Assembly (NCBI RefSeq): GCF_046119375.1
Contig: NW_027362772.1
Span: 72,292,001 to 72,356,000, forward strand
Reading direction: 5' to 3'
Length of the DNA: 64,000 nt
Origin: Phyllobates terribilis
Taxonomy: Eukaryota
Shown here: piece after piece, positions 15,507-35,594 of the stretch
Numbering within the stretch: position 1 is the stretch's first letter
Layout: each line of letters starts with the position of its first letter
The notes under the pieces: generated by a model
The model's input: only the letters and a program-made list of their open reading frames with translations
Databases searched by the model: none
Told to the model about the DNA's origin: nothing
Position numbers and translations under genes: made by a program

Positions 15507-16199
15507 ATGCCAGGTGTAAGAAGAATGCAGCACCTAGTGCTTGATCTTTAGTAGAGATTATAAGCAGTGCAATATAGAAAATATTGTAGCTGTGATCACT
15601 TTCCCATATATAGCGCTAACCTATTCCACAGTGTTGTAACAGAGATTGCCGACATTCACAGCAGTGAGCTTGCAATCTAACTTCATATAGGGCATTCATT
15701 TAATGGGAAGCCACTTATCAATGACCGTGGCGCCTGGAGACCTGTCTGAGCCGTCATTCATACAAGAACATGTTACATTACAGTCTATGGCGCGTTCACT
15801 TTTCCGTATTTTTATCAGAATTATCCGGTGCCAGGCACGTGACCACAAGTATGTTATTTGCATACATGCAATCACATTCCGACTAGACTTGGAATTGAGT
15901 GAGGCCGGACACGTCTAGTCGGAATGTGGCCAGAAGTATGTAAATGGCCGGAGAATCGTAACAGCTCGCACTATGAGGATACACAAGTCTCCAGTCACAT
16001 ATACTGAGTGCAGACTTGAACCCCAACACCGGGCAACCCCTTTAAGGCTGCATGCACACATCCGTGTATCACGGTCCAAATATGGATCGGCTGCCGGTCT
16101 CCCGACCCGAACTTGACAGCCTCATATGAGGTCTGGAGACCTGGGGCCGCTCCGTGAATCAAGGGCCACACTTGGACTGTGACATACATCCTTACCGTA

Positions 16200-16473
16200 A
16201 GGCCTTGTTCACATGTCCAAGTTTTAGATACATGTTCATTTTCTTTTGGATGGAACACATACCTATTTCTCTTTTTTCTTGTCCAACGCTCCATTTTATT
16301 TTCCTATTTCGGAGACATTGTCCAATTTTGACTTGGTTTTGGGATCAAACACGTCCAATTCAAGTGAATCGGTGCATAAAATAAAAATCAACAGCGCTCA
16401 GTGTTTTTTCCCGCCAGCACATCAGGATTTGCAACAGAATATTGCTGCAAATCCTGAACGTGTGCACAAAGCC
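16200..16473. mobile_element. PIF/Harbinger-type MITE
   Basis: Imperfect TIR GGCCTTGTTCACATG / CGTGTGCACAAAGCC flanked by TAA and TTA. Confidence 0.55.
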
Positions 16474-16811
16474 TTAAGGCTATTTAAAGGGGTTTTCCAT
16501 CTTTTTTTTTTGGAAAAACCCTTCTTCCCTGGCTGCAGTTTGTTTTTATTTTTTTTACAAACTGTGCTTTAGTCACCCTCCCCGGGTCCGGCGATGAGTC
16601 TTCACTGTTGCTCCCTGTGTCTGGAGCGGACTTAACCCCTGAGCCCTATCCATACTCCCCTACCCGACATAGGGCAGACATACGTACTGATACTCCCTAT
16701 GTGGGGAAGGGGTTAACTTAAGGCGATCAGATCTCTGAAACCAGGGAAGAAAAAACTGCAGTCCCCGGAAAAGCAGAATGACGAAAAGGAAGGGAGGATA
16801 TAACGATCTAA

Positions 16812-18280
<1,469 letters not shown>

Positions 18281-18584
18281 CGTCAGGCTGCACAGCGCTC
18301 TGCGGACGCAGCATCTAATGTTTTTTTTTCCTTTGTTCACATGTTAATGTAAAAACACTTAACGCTCAACTACACCTAGGGCTTTAATAAAATGTTTATT
18401 TGCACATTTGTCACTGGCTGAATTCTATAAGTTTAGGAGTTAACAGTTTTAGTTTGACATTGTGCTTTTTTTTTTACATTGGTGTAGAACTGCAATGTTT
18501 TTGAACAATTGCATCAAACTGATGTTTTTGCCACGAGAGCAGCAACGAGTGAGTGCAGCCATAGAGCAAATAACACCAAATATA

Positions 18585-20741
18585 CACTGCTCAAAAAAAT
18601 AAAGGAACACTTAAACAACAGAATATTACTCCAAGTAAATCAAACTTCTGTGAAATCAAACTGTCCACTTAGGAAGCAACACTGATTGACAATCAATTTC
18701 ACATACTGTTGTGCAAATGGAATAGACAATTGATGGAAATTATTGGCAATTATCAAGACACCCTCAATAAAGGAGCTGTTCTGCAGGTGGGGACCACAGA
18801 CCACATCTCAGTACCAATGCTTTCTGGCTGATGTTTTGGTCACTTTTGAATGTCGGTTGTGCTTTCACACTCGTGGTAGCATGAGACGGACTCTACAACC
18901 CACAGAAGTTGCTCAGGTAGTGCAGCTCATCCAGGATGGCACATCAATGCGAGCTGTGGCAAGAAGGTTTGCTGTGTCTGTCAGCGTAGTGTCCATAGGT
19001 TGGAGGCGCTACAAGGAGACAGGCCAGTACACCAGGAGACGTGGAGGGGGCCGTAGGAGGGAAACAACCCAGCACCAGAACCGCTACCTCCGCCTTTGTG
19101 CAAGGAGGACCAGGAGGAGCACTGCCAGAGCCCTGCAAAATAAGCTCCAGCAGGCCACAAATGTGTCTTCACAAACGGTTAGAAACTGACTTCATGAGGG
19201 TGGTATGAGGGCCCGACGTCCACAGATGGGGGTTGTGCTCATAGCCCAACACCGTGCAGGACGCTTGGGAATTGCCACAGAACACCACGATTGGCAAAGT
19301 CGCCACTGGTGCCCTGTGCTCTTCACAGATAAAAGCAGGTTCACGCTGAGCACGTGTGACAGAGTCTGGAGACGCCGTGGAGAGCGATCTGCTGCCTGCA
19401 ACATCCTTCAGCATGACCGGTTTGGCAGTGGGTCAGTAATGGTGTGGGGTGGCATTTCTTTGGAGGGCCGCACAGCCCTCCATGTGCTCGCCAGAGGTAG
19501 CCTGACTGCCATTAAGGCCCCGTCACACTTAGTGATGCTGCAACGATACGACCTGTCAGGGATCGTTGCTGCGTCTCTATGTGGTCACTGGTGAGCTGTC
19601 AAACAGGCAGGCTCACCAACGATCAGGGGAGCAACGACATCGTGGAAAGAATCTTTCCACGATGTCCTGCTCCTGGTTACGAGCCTGCTGAAGCAGGAGC
19701 AGACTGGTAACTATGGTAAACATCGGGTTACTAGGGGCACATGCGCACCTAGTAACCCGTTGTTTATCATGGTTACCACTCTGCTACGGTGGTTACCGCT
19801 CACTTTAGCAGGCTCGTAACCATGATAAACATCGGGTTACTAGGGGCACACGCGCACCTAGTAACCCGATGTTTATCATGGGTACCAGCCTGATCGCTGC
19901 TCCCGCTGGTCACACACAGCGATGTGTGCTGACCAGCGGGAGGGCAACGACCAAAAAATGGTCCAGGACACTTTGCAGCGATCAGCGACCTCACAGCAGG
20001 GGCCTGATCGCTGCAAAGTGTCACACATAGCAACATCGCTGGTGAGGTCGCTGTTGCGTCAACAAAACCGTGACACAGCAGCGATCTCGCTATGTGAGAC
20101 GGGGGCTTTAGGTACCGAGATGAGATCCTCAGACCCCTTGTGAGACCATATGCTGGTGCGGTTGGCCCTGGGTTCCTCCTAATGCAGGACAATGCCAGAC
20201 CTCATGTGGCTGGAGTGTGTCAGCAGTTCCTGCAAGATGAAGGCATTGAAGCTATGGACTGGCCCGCCCGTTCCCCAGACCTGAATCCGATTGAGCACAT
20301 CTGGGACATCATGTCTCACTCCATCCACCAACGTCACGTTGCACCACAGACTGTCCAGGAGTTGGCGGATGCTTTAGTCCAGGTCTGGGAGGAGATCCCA
20401 CAGGAGACCATCCGCAACCTCATCAGGAGCATGCCCAGGCATTGTAGGGAGGTCATACAGGCACGTGGAGGCCACACACAATACTGAGCCTCCTTTTGAC
20501 TTGTTTTAAGGACATTACATCAAAGTTGGATCAGCCTGTAGTGTGTTCTTCCACTTTAATTTTGGGGGTGACTCCAAATCCAGGCCTCCATTGGTTAATA
20601 CATTTGATTTCCATTGATGATTTTTGTGTGATTTTGTTGTCAGCACATTCATCTTTGTACAGAACAAAGTATTCAACGAGAATATTTCATTCATTCAGAT
20701 CTAGGATGTGTTGAGTGTTCCCTTTATTTTTTTGAGCAGTG
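18585..20741 (+). mobile_element. Tc1 (DD34E) transposon, both TIRs present, transposase disrupted
   Basis: TA|CACTGCTCAAAAAAATAAAGGAACAC ... GTGTTCCCTTTATTTTTTTGAGCAGTG|TA. Transposase pieces [16 protein letters not shown]..., FTDKSRF, MQDNARPH...(34 aa)...PDLNPIE. Has a stop/indel near 19187 and a MITE insertion. Confidence 0.95.
19515..20107. mobile_element. PIF/Harbinger MITE inserted in the Tc1 transposase
   Basis: TTA target duplication. TIRs AGGCCCCGTCACAC and GTGAGACGGGGGCT match at 12/14. Removing it restores GSLTAIRYRDEILRP in the transposase. Confidence 0.9.
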
Positions 20742-22020
20742 TATAATTGCATGGGGAAAGGTTGAATCGGTTCCAGGTCTCTCTTGGATGCAATGTCTGT
20801 AGACCATGTGGGCAACGCCATGATGAGGCCTTCGTCACACCAGTCTTACTCCTGGGTGGCATAGTGTACGGTAGCCAGACCCCTCTAGTCTTCATTTCAG
20901 GTATTAACAGCTTGGCATCATAGTGGTGGTGTGGCCATTTTTCCACCCCAGGCTGCAAGTTGCTGGTGAGCAGCCTGCATGGCCCAAACGTTCTACAGAG
21001 TTTCCAGACTTCTCTCCACACGTCATTGGTCGGTGATTACAAAAGCAGCTGCCAGCAGCGTATCTTGATGATTCAGCAGCAGAACCTTCCTCAGACCACC
21101 ATTAATAACCTCACTGATAGAGGCTGTGCCAGGGTTTCTGCACGTGTGCTCAGAAGTTTTGAAAAATGTTCCTTCCAAATTTTCATTATTTGCAGATCAG
21201 TAACATCTCCACCCTCCTGTGATCTCTCATCATTACAACACAAAAAAAGTTGTGCAATGTCAGTGTGAAGATTTAAAATTGTGATGTCACACAGGTGACA
21301 AATGAAAAATTTTATAGATGAAGGGGAAAAAAAAAAAAACAACGCATTTTCACATTTGTGTGAGCAAGGACTTTGCCAAAGGTTTGGAATATAGTGCAGT
21401 TATGGATGATTAAGGCTTGTCCAGTGAAAAGTTCTCAGCTTCACCAGATAGGTAACAATTTACTGATCTGTGAGGGTTGCAGCGGCAAGAAAACCACTGA
21501 TCAGGGAATTTGTATCCCTATTACACAATAAAGCAGCAGGTTACACATCTGACCAACACTCCATTTATTTTTTTATGGGTGCTGGGAGAAAAATCCAAGC
21601 GCAGCACCAGAGGGAATGACTGGAGCAGCGGTCAAGCATCTGCACTGCTGCTCTATTCTGAGCGGAGCACTCAGAATGGGGGGCTGTGCCCACGCTCGAC
21701 CGCTGCTCCATTCATTCCCTATGGGGCTGCCGAGCCGTGCTCAAGAATGAGTGCATCAGCACTGATCTCATAGTGAAGGCTGCAGAAGTCGTCAGTCTTG
21801 TGACAAAACTGCTTAAGAACGGTAGGACGGGTGCGCATCTATATCTTCTATAATGCTGGATGCGTGTTTCTGTCCGGAGGCAGGATGGGCAGCGCCGGAG
21901 TTAGCACCGTAGTGTGGTATGCTCATGCACTCTTATTGTAGACCGCATCAAGAAAAAAAAAAAAAGTACCTGATAGCAATAAAAATGCTCACCACCCAGG
22001 TGTAGAACACGTTCAAAAGC

Positions 22021-22215
22021 AGCTCAGTGGTTAGTACTGCAGCCTTGCGATCCTGGGTTCAAATCCCACAAAGTACAACATCTGCAAGTTTGTATGTTCT
22101 CCCCGTGTTTGGGTGGGTTTCCTCCGGGTTCCTCCAACACTCCAAAGACATACTGATAGGGAAACTAGATTGTGAGCCGCAATGGGGACAGCAATGATGA
22201 TGCTGTGGAATTAAT
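22021..22215 (+). mobile_element. tRNA-derived V-SINE
   Basis: A-box AGCTCAGTGG and B-box GGTTCAAATCC, followed by the V-domain-like GTTTGTATGTTCTCCCCGTGTTT...CACTCCAAAGACAT. Confidence 0.8.
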
Positions 22216-23404
22216 GCAGCACATTGGTGACCTTCCTAGAGTGGTTAACCACCACTGGAGAATGTTTTGCCCCATCCATTTGATGTTACAAGATCAGATT
22301 TTAGTTTGAAGTTAATTTTAGAAGTGCTTATTTAACCCCTTCATGATATCTATACAGTTACATCATGACTTGTGTAGGTTTGCATCTTTCCCAGCACATG
22401 ATGGCTAATTTAATCAACCATCATGTGCCTTCAGCCACAGCTGTTAGATACTAGGAGATATAGATCTCTCAAAAGCGATCAGATGATCACAGCTTCAAGT
22501 CCTTTAAGTGGACTAATACTGAAGAAACATTATTTGTGTCTTTAGTGTTACTAGGAAGAGGTAACCCCCCCTTTAATGATTCATCAGAAGAACCAGGAGA
22601 CCACATCACAGTTCACTTTTTAATTTCATTATGAATGTAACCATATAAAAACCATAACTTATGAAGGTCACAATGGACAACTGATCTGTAAAACAAAAAA
22701 CACCTTTCCGAGTCAGTATCTGGAGGACATATAAATCCTTACAAAATGGCAGATTATGAGGCCACCGCTGAGCCGGTGGGGAGGGGGGCGTCTATAGGAG
22801 ACGATCACCGCTTGTGATTAGGAGCGACCGACGTGTCCACATCAAGTCCTGGCAGTCCATCCCTTTCATTCCAGCAGCATCCAGACAGCTTGATGGCTTC
22901 CGACATTTTATTTTTGGAACGGAAGAGATATGCTTAGGAGGTACTGTAGAAGACGAGTGCGATGAACACTGGGGGGGCTACAGTGTAAGGGGGTGTAACA
23001 CTCCGTTTGCTCAAACTGTTCTTTAGGCATTACCAATAGCTACAGGTGACTCCAAAAGACACCTGCGCCCCTTAGAAAGGCCCGATAACAGTTTAATGGA
23101 CGGTTAACAAAACCAGTTCATGATTAAATATTTACACGGCGTCACGCCAGATGTCTAAAGCTAGATGATATTCCCACCTCAAGCCATGAGGCCATTTTGG
23201 AGGTAAAGACCAAGTCATTGGTGTGGCCAAAGCACCAATTTAAAGACTGGATCAGAAGGGGGCGCTAAAAGTATTCTACCCCACTGAGGAAGACAGCAGG
23301 GAGTTAAAAAGGTGTATGCTATATGTAAGTAAAACCACACAGCTAATGTATAACTTGATGCATTGTTTTCTTCTGCCTGGTCAGATGGTTTCGATGTCTT
23401 TGCA

Positions 23405-30117
<6,713 letters not shown>

Positions 30118-32606
30118 GCTGTCCGCCTCTCTCTTTCGCCTCCAAACCGTACACGTCTCCGGTACGACTTAAACGACAACCGGCGAGAGAACTGCGACAT
30201 GCGGCGAGGCCCGTCACTATATAAAGGAGAGGGAAGCTCCGCCCACCGCTGCAATCTTCTGGCGCCCTTAGTGATTTACATAGCTATGGCTTGATTGGCT
30301 GACGTTCGAAATGTGGGCGGGTAGTACAAGGAAGCGCCGCCCCCTATCGCTAGATGATGGATGTTTTTTTTTCTTCGGATGCGCCAGTGCTGGAGGAGAG
30401 GAACGAATGTCAGCAGATGTGGCCGTAAAGCGATAAACGGCTGCTGCAAAATCAGCGGTGATCAGTAATAAACGCATCTGCGGATTATCGGATTCCATCC
30501 AACCTGATCTGCACAATCGCTTGTACGATTTATTAAAGAGAATACAAAAAAATCGAGGCATTCTAGAACGTTTGATTCTATTTCCAAAATAATAATAATA
30601 AACTAAAAAATAAAATAAACAGATTTCATAATCCACTGTGATTGGTCACAACCCAATACAATCAGTCCTAAGGATAATTTCACACAACATTATGTACAGA
30701 CCCTCTGCCGGTCTCATGATCCAAAATCAACAGATCATTATTAAAAAATATATATGTATTTTGGGTTCTGTCCAGAAACAGCGCCACACATGTCCACAGG
30801 TCGTGCCTGGTATCACACTCAATTCTGCAAATCCAAATGCAATCTGGAAATGTGTGGCACTGCTTTTGATGTTTTAATCCAGGATAACCACTCAATGGGT
30901 ATTGTATGTTCACACTGAGGGTTTTGAGTAGTTTTGGAGCAGAAAATCCTCCTCCAAACTTGGGCGTTCCTGCTCCAAAAATCCAGCACAATGGATCAGT
31001 ATGAACATATCCCTACAGGTAATGTGTAAAGGGAGGCTTTTCGCCAAGTTTTTGGGGAGGATTTTGAAGAAAGATTTCCAGTTCCAAAGTTCAGGGCCAC
31101 ATTGATTTTAATTTGGTTCAAGTTCTGGTACCAGAACCCAAACTTCATCGGGTCCACTCATTCCAGGTCATATGTTCAAGTCTTTTCAGTGTTTTTTTCT
31201 TTTGCTTTAGGTTTTGAAAAACTTCTTGTTGGAGAAAAAGTCCATAACACTAGAAGGCGGATTCTGCTAGAAAACACTGCATATTGGCCCTGTCCAAAAA
31301 AAACTTCAACAGCACTGTCCAAAATTACTAGAGGAATCAAAAAACTTCTCCAAAAACTTTCATAGGGAAGGAGAATTTCCACTAGAAAATTCAGTTTTTG
31401 ACCACCTCAAAAATCTCTGTGTGCACACACCCTTATCTGTAAAATGATTTGTTCCCCCTAGGACATAAAACGGTGCCAGGCAAACAGCAGATTTTTATTT
31501 TTCACACTCATGTGATAGAGATCAATACATAAAATTCTTAAATTAAGTCACTATTCTTTTTTTGGGGAGTTTTCACTGAGTTTTCTGCAACAGATTCATC
31601 AAAATAGTGGACTCCAATTCATGAATTTGGCGCAAAGAACAATTTTTTTTTTTTCTGTCCCTTTTTGTGACTTTTCAGTACAAAAATTTGCACATTTTGC
31701 AAAATGGCTCAAAAAACCAGGGTACATAAAATCACTCCAGGGCAAGACTGGGGTAAAGAGTTGAGCCAAATTTTGCCACTTTCTTAAAAAGTAAAAATAT
31801 CCAGAAAATCCAAAATGATGTAAAAAAAAATAAATAAAAAAATTGAAAATTAATAAAACCACAAAAAAAGGCACAAATTGTTTGTGATTTGCAACAAATT
31901 AATCAACGTCACTAATTTAGAGGTATTTGCTTAAACAAAAAAACTGGCGGAAATGCAATGATGAATGGGGCTCTATGGCTGCAAACACTTCATGTGAGTA
32001 TGGCGGGTTTATGGGGGGTCGTTTTAGTGATGTTGGCGATGCAGCCTTCACAGTTCTGCAGATTTCGTGGTTTTGTCAGACGAGTGTGTCATTTTACCGC
32101 AGTCTATTTTGTATGGTTATAACAGGTAGGAAAAAATTAGAAAAGCTTTACTTTTTTTTTTTCCATACGATAAAATTGATGCAAAAAAAAAAAAAAAGGA
32201 CCACAGAATAAAAATGGCCAAAAATCAGATTTACTAATTTGTGGTTACTCCTGAAGAAGTTTGAGAACTGCGAAACGCGTCGATAATACCGCAGTACTTC
32301 CATCCTTGTGTGCCCTGGATCCTTCCTGCGGGATTCCACCAGCAGGACTGAAAGCCCCTCTAATATTCCCCTACTGAAAATCGGATTTGGCACACTGATG
32401 AAAAATGGTTCTTTATTTTCTCATATGCAAAAAAATAAAAAAAATGGACGTCTGAAGGTCGTCATTTTTCTGACGTAGGCTAAAGTGGGTTCTTCTAGCC
32501 TCTGCCTGGCTTGGATAAGGTCTCTGCAAGTGTACAAACCCTTTAAGGAAAGCAATTTTAAATTAGTACTCGGACCGTGAATGTCGTTTGTACGAAACCA
32601 GCCTTA

Positions 32607-33003
32607 GGCCTCATTCAGACAAATGATTTTTTTTTTTTTTTTCTGTACGAGAAAATCAGGCCAATTATTCTGATCAATGTAGTCTGAGTGTTAACCGATT
32701 TTTTTCGCACATGGAGATAAAAAAAATAAATAAATTCTCCACCTTCTTCACCTGACAGTCCGTGAAAATCTGACTGCACTCGGATGTCATCTGAGTGCAG
32801 TCTGATTTTTTCATGGACTCATTGATTTCTATTGCCGATTTTGATCTGATCCTCATATCAAAATCGGACGTCTCTGATATTTTCCTCTGACCACTTGGTC
32901 AAAGGACATGTGAATGGCCCTGTAGACTACCACAGGTGCGAATTCTATCCGTGAAAAACAAGGACAGCACGCGTACGCCAAAATCAGACGTCTGAATGAG
33001 GCC
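32607..33003. mobile_element. PIF/Harbinger MITE
   Basis: Perfect 14-bp TIR GGCCTCATTCAGAC / GTCTGAATGAGGCC with TTA TSD on both sides. Related fragments at ~10440, 38050-38240, 49040-49190 and 50150-50400. Confidence 0.9.
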
Positions 33004-34238
33004 TTAAGCATTTCAGTTCACTTGCTCTGTCAGGACAATGGCTCAGACATTTTTAGGCGCAGGGGTCTGCTATCCCCCATACATTTTGAGACACGTTTCG
33101 GCATACGTGGTATGACTGGGGCATTGTAAATTACCTCAGTGTTGGCAAGACTTAAATTTTTCGGGTGGCTCATAAACATCACTATTACAACCCTGAGGTG
33201 ATGAATTTATTTTTTTTAATCTTTTTTTTCAAAATGTATAACTGGGTTATGAATACCGGGGCCTGGTCTAAGTTTTGGTTTGGTTTTTCACAGGCCGTGA
33301 TTTATCGCCCATAGCAACCAATCACAGAGCAGTTTTCAATGAAACAAAGCCATTTAAAAAATGAAAGCTGCTCTCTGATTGGTCGTTATGGGCAACAAAG
33401 ACACTTGTTGTTTTAGATGGTTTAGGCCCAAAATGTTGACATAATGTGTGCGTTATATTTTACGGCACAGTGACTTTACACTACAGAGAATAGATGTAGG
33501 CCCATTATACATATCTATGACAGCAAGAATTCATTTACCAACCAGGGGTCCGCAGATTTTCCTACATCTAGTTTTGGGTTTTTTTTATGGAAAAGTGTAA
33601 AAGAATTGAATAAAATTAAAATTTTATATCTAGTTCAGAAATTTCATCTATTCATTCTCAAAACATTTTGGATTTATGTTATTATTTGCACCCCTTCAGT
33701 ATATTCCGTGAGACCCTCAATATGGCTATAGGTAGTCACCTGCACCTGCCTGTGGTGCGGACAAGGACATGCAGCTACTCAAATCCGTATTGTGAGGCTG
33801 TGACTGATTCATTTTTAATATGGCATCTGAACCAGGGCCCAAAAGTAACGTAAAGCTTTGGAAGCAAGTGACTCCTTAAAGGAAGACTCCCTTACTAGGA
33901 GGGGGGTGGTCAGTCTTTTAGATATAACTTTTAATGTGGTCCATAAAAATAATATAATAAAACCCAAAAGAAATTTAACATTCACTTTAATGCCAGGCAA
34001 ACATTAAAACCAACACGGTGCATTGTACACCCTATGGGTAAATCAATATCTGCTGACAGCAACCAACATTTTTCAATTACAAAAGTTAAAAAAATAAAAA
34101 AGTCTTCCCATTCAGATATCGGAAAACAAATTAAAAAGTGCAAGTCAGCATCTATACAGTGTCCTGCCCAACATGGCAGCAGAATTGGTCAGTATACGGC
34201 GACAGAGTCACACATCATTCATGTGTCTGAATAATTAA

Positions 34239-35090
34239 ACAGAACCTGTCATCTCGATTTAACCTGTTAAAGTAAAGGTATGTCCATAATGGCCCTGATA
34301 TACTGTTTAATGGATACCTGTAGTGAAAAAATAAGTAGCCTGGCTCTTGTTTAATTCACCTTAGAAGTTTTGATGCAATGGCCTCTTCGTGCATCAGGTA
34401 GGGTCTTCAGCTCTGCCATGGCCCCTCCACAATTGTATGAGTCTCCTTTATTAAATTTAGCGCTAGCGCCCCCTGCACCCGTTCGTGTCCTGACGCTCTC
34501 CAGCAAAATGGCGCCGGTAGATCTGTGCATGCGTTGCCAGAATCGCCATTTTTATGGAGACCGTAAGGTTAATCTGAGCATGCGCCGCCTCTGGCACCAT
34601 TTTGCTAGAGCTGGAGGTTAATATGAGCATGCACCGCCTTCGGCGCCATTTTGCTTGAGACCGCTGGAGGTTAATCTGAGCATGCACCACCTTTGGCGCA
34701 ATTTTACTAGAGACCGCCAGAGGTTAATCTGAGCATGCAAAGCCTCTGGCACCATTTTGCTAGAGCTGGAGGTTAATATGAGCATGCACCGCCTTCAGCG
34801 CCATTTTGCTAGACACCGCCGGAGGTTAATCTGAGCATGCACCACCTTTGGCGCCATTTTGCTGTAGAACACAAGGAGGACGCCACTGCGAAAGTTAAAA
34901 AAAAGAGGGTCATACAAATGCAGAAGGGTCACGGCAGACAAGAAAACCCTACCCAAAGTCTCGTCCCAATGCACAAAGAGGCTATTGCACCAAAACAAGA
35001 ACCAGGCTATGGATTTTTTTCACTACAGGTATCCATTAAATCAGAATATCGGGGCCATTATGGCCATCCCTTTACTTTATCAGATTCTCT
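34239..35090. mobile_element. T2/Kolobok-type MITE with an internal ~50-55-bp tandem array
   Basis: TTAA flanks. Subterminal match TAAAGTAAAGG...CCATAATGGCCC at both ends. Internal repeats GCCATTTTGC...GGTTAATCTGAGCATGC at 34500-34870. Confidence 0.75.
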
Positions 35091-35594
35091 TTAAATAGCC
35101 ACGCTTCAGAATTTTCCAATGTTCAAGAGAACATATTGGATTACAGTAATATTGGTACTGGCACCGACAGGCATTGGACCCACAAATATTATAGTAGTGG
35201 GTGTGCGTCATAATCTCAAAACATATCAGAAAAATTTGGTATAAAAATTCTAAAAGGGGTTAAAAATATATATTTTTTACCCTAAGTTTGTACCAGTGCT
35301 ATGAATTCTTTTCCAAGATAAAATAAGGCAATGGCACGTGCCTGCAGATGCCAAAGTTTTAGAAAAGTCTTCATTCAAAAAGGGTTTGGAAAAATATTCA
35401 CAGGAGGTATTTTGGCAGATTTCGCTCCCTGATCTATTGTAAGTCGTCCGTACGATAACATATCGGGCCATAGAAGTAGTCCAGGTCGGCCATGTTGACA
35501 GCGTCATGCCCAGTATTCCTTAGACGTATGAAAACAGGTGTAGGCTACAGTGTAGATTTGGATACAATGGAGGTATTCTGTTGTTTGGGTCAAA

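Noticed and set aside
22021-22060. Possible tRNA gene
   Set aside because: The A and B boxes are too close, there is no cloverleaf, and it is followed by a V-SINE body.
35500-35519. Alternative BCL2L12 last exon (EYWA*)
   Set aside because: The acceptor is weak. The exon at 35595-35642 has a strong polypyrimidine tract and gives a homolog-like EKLV...DLQID end.
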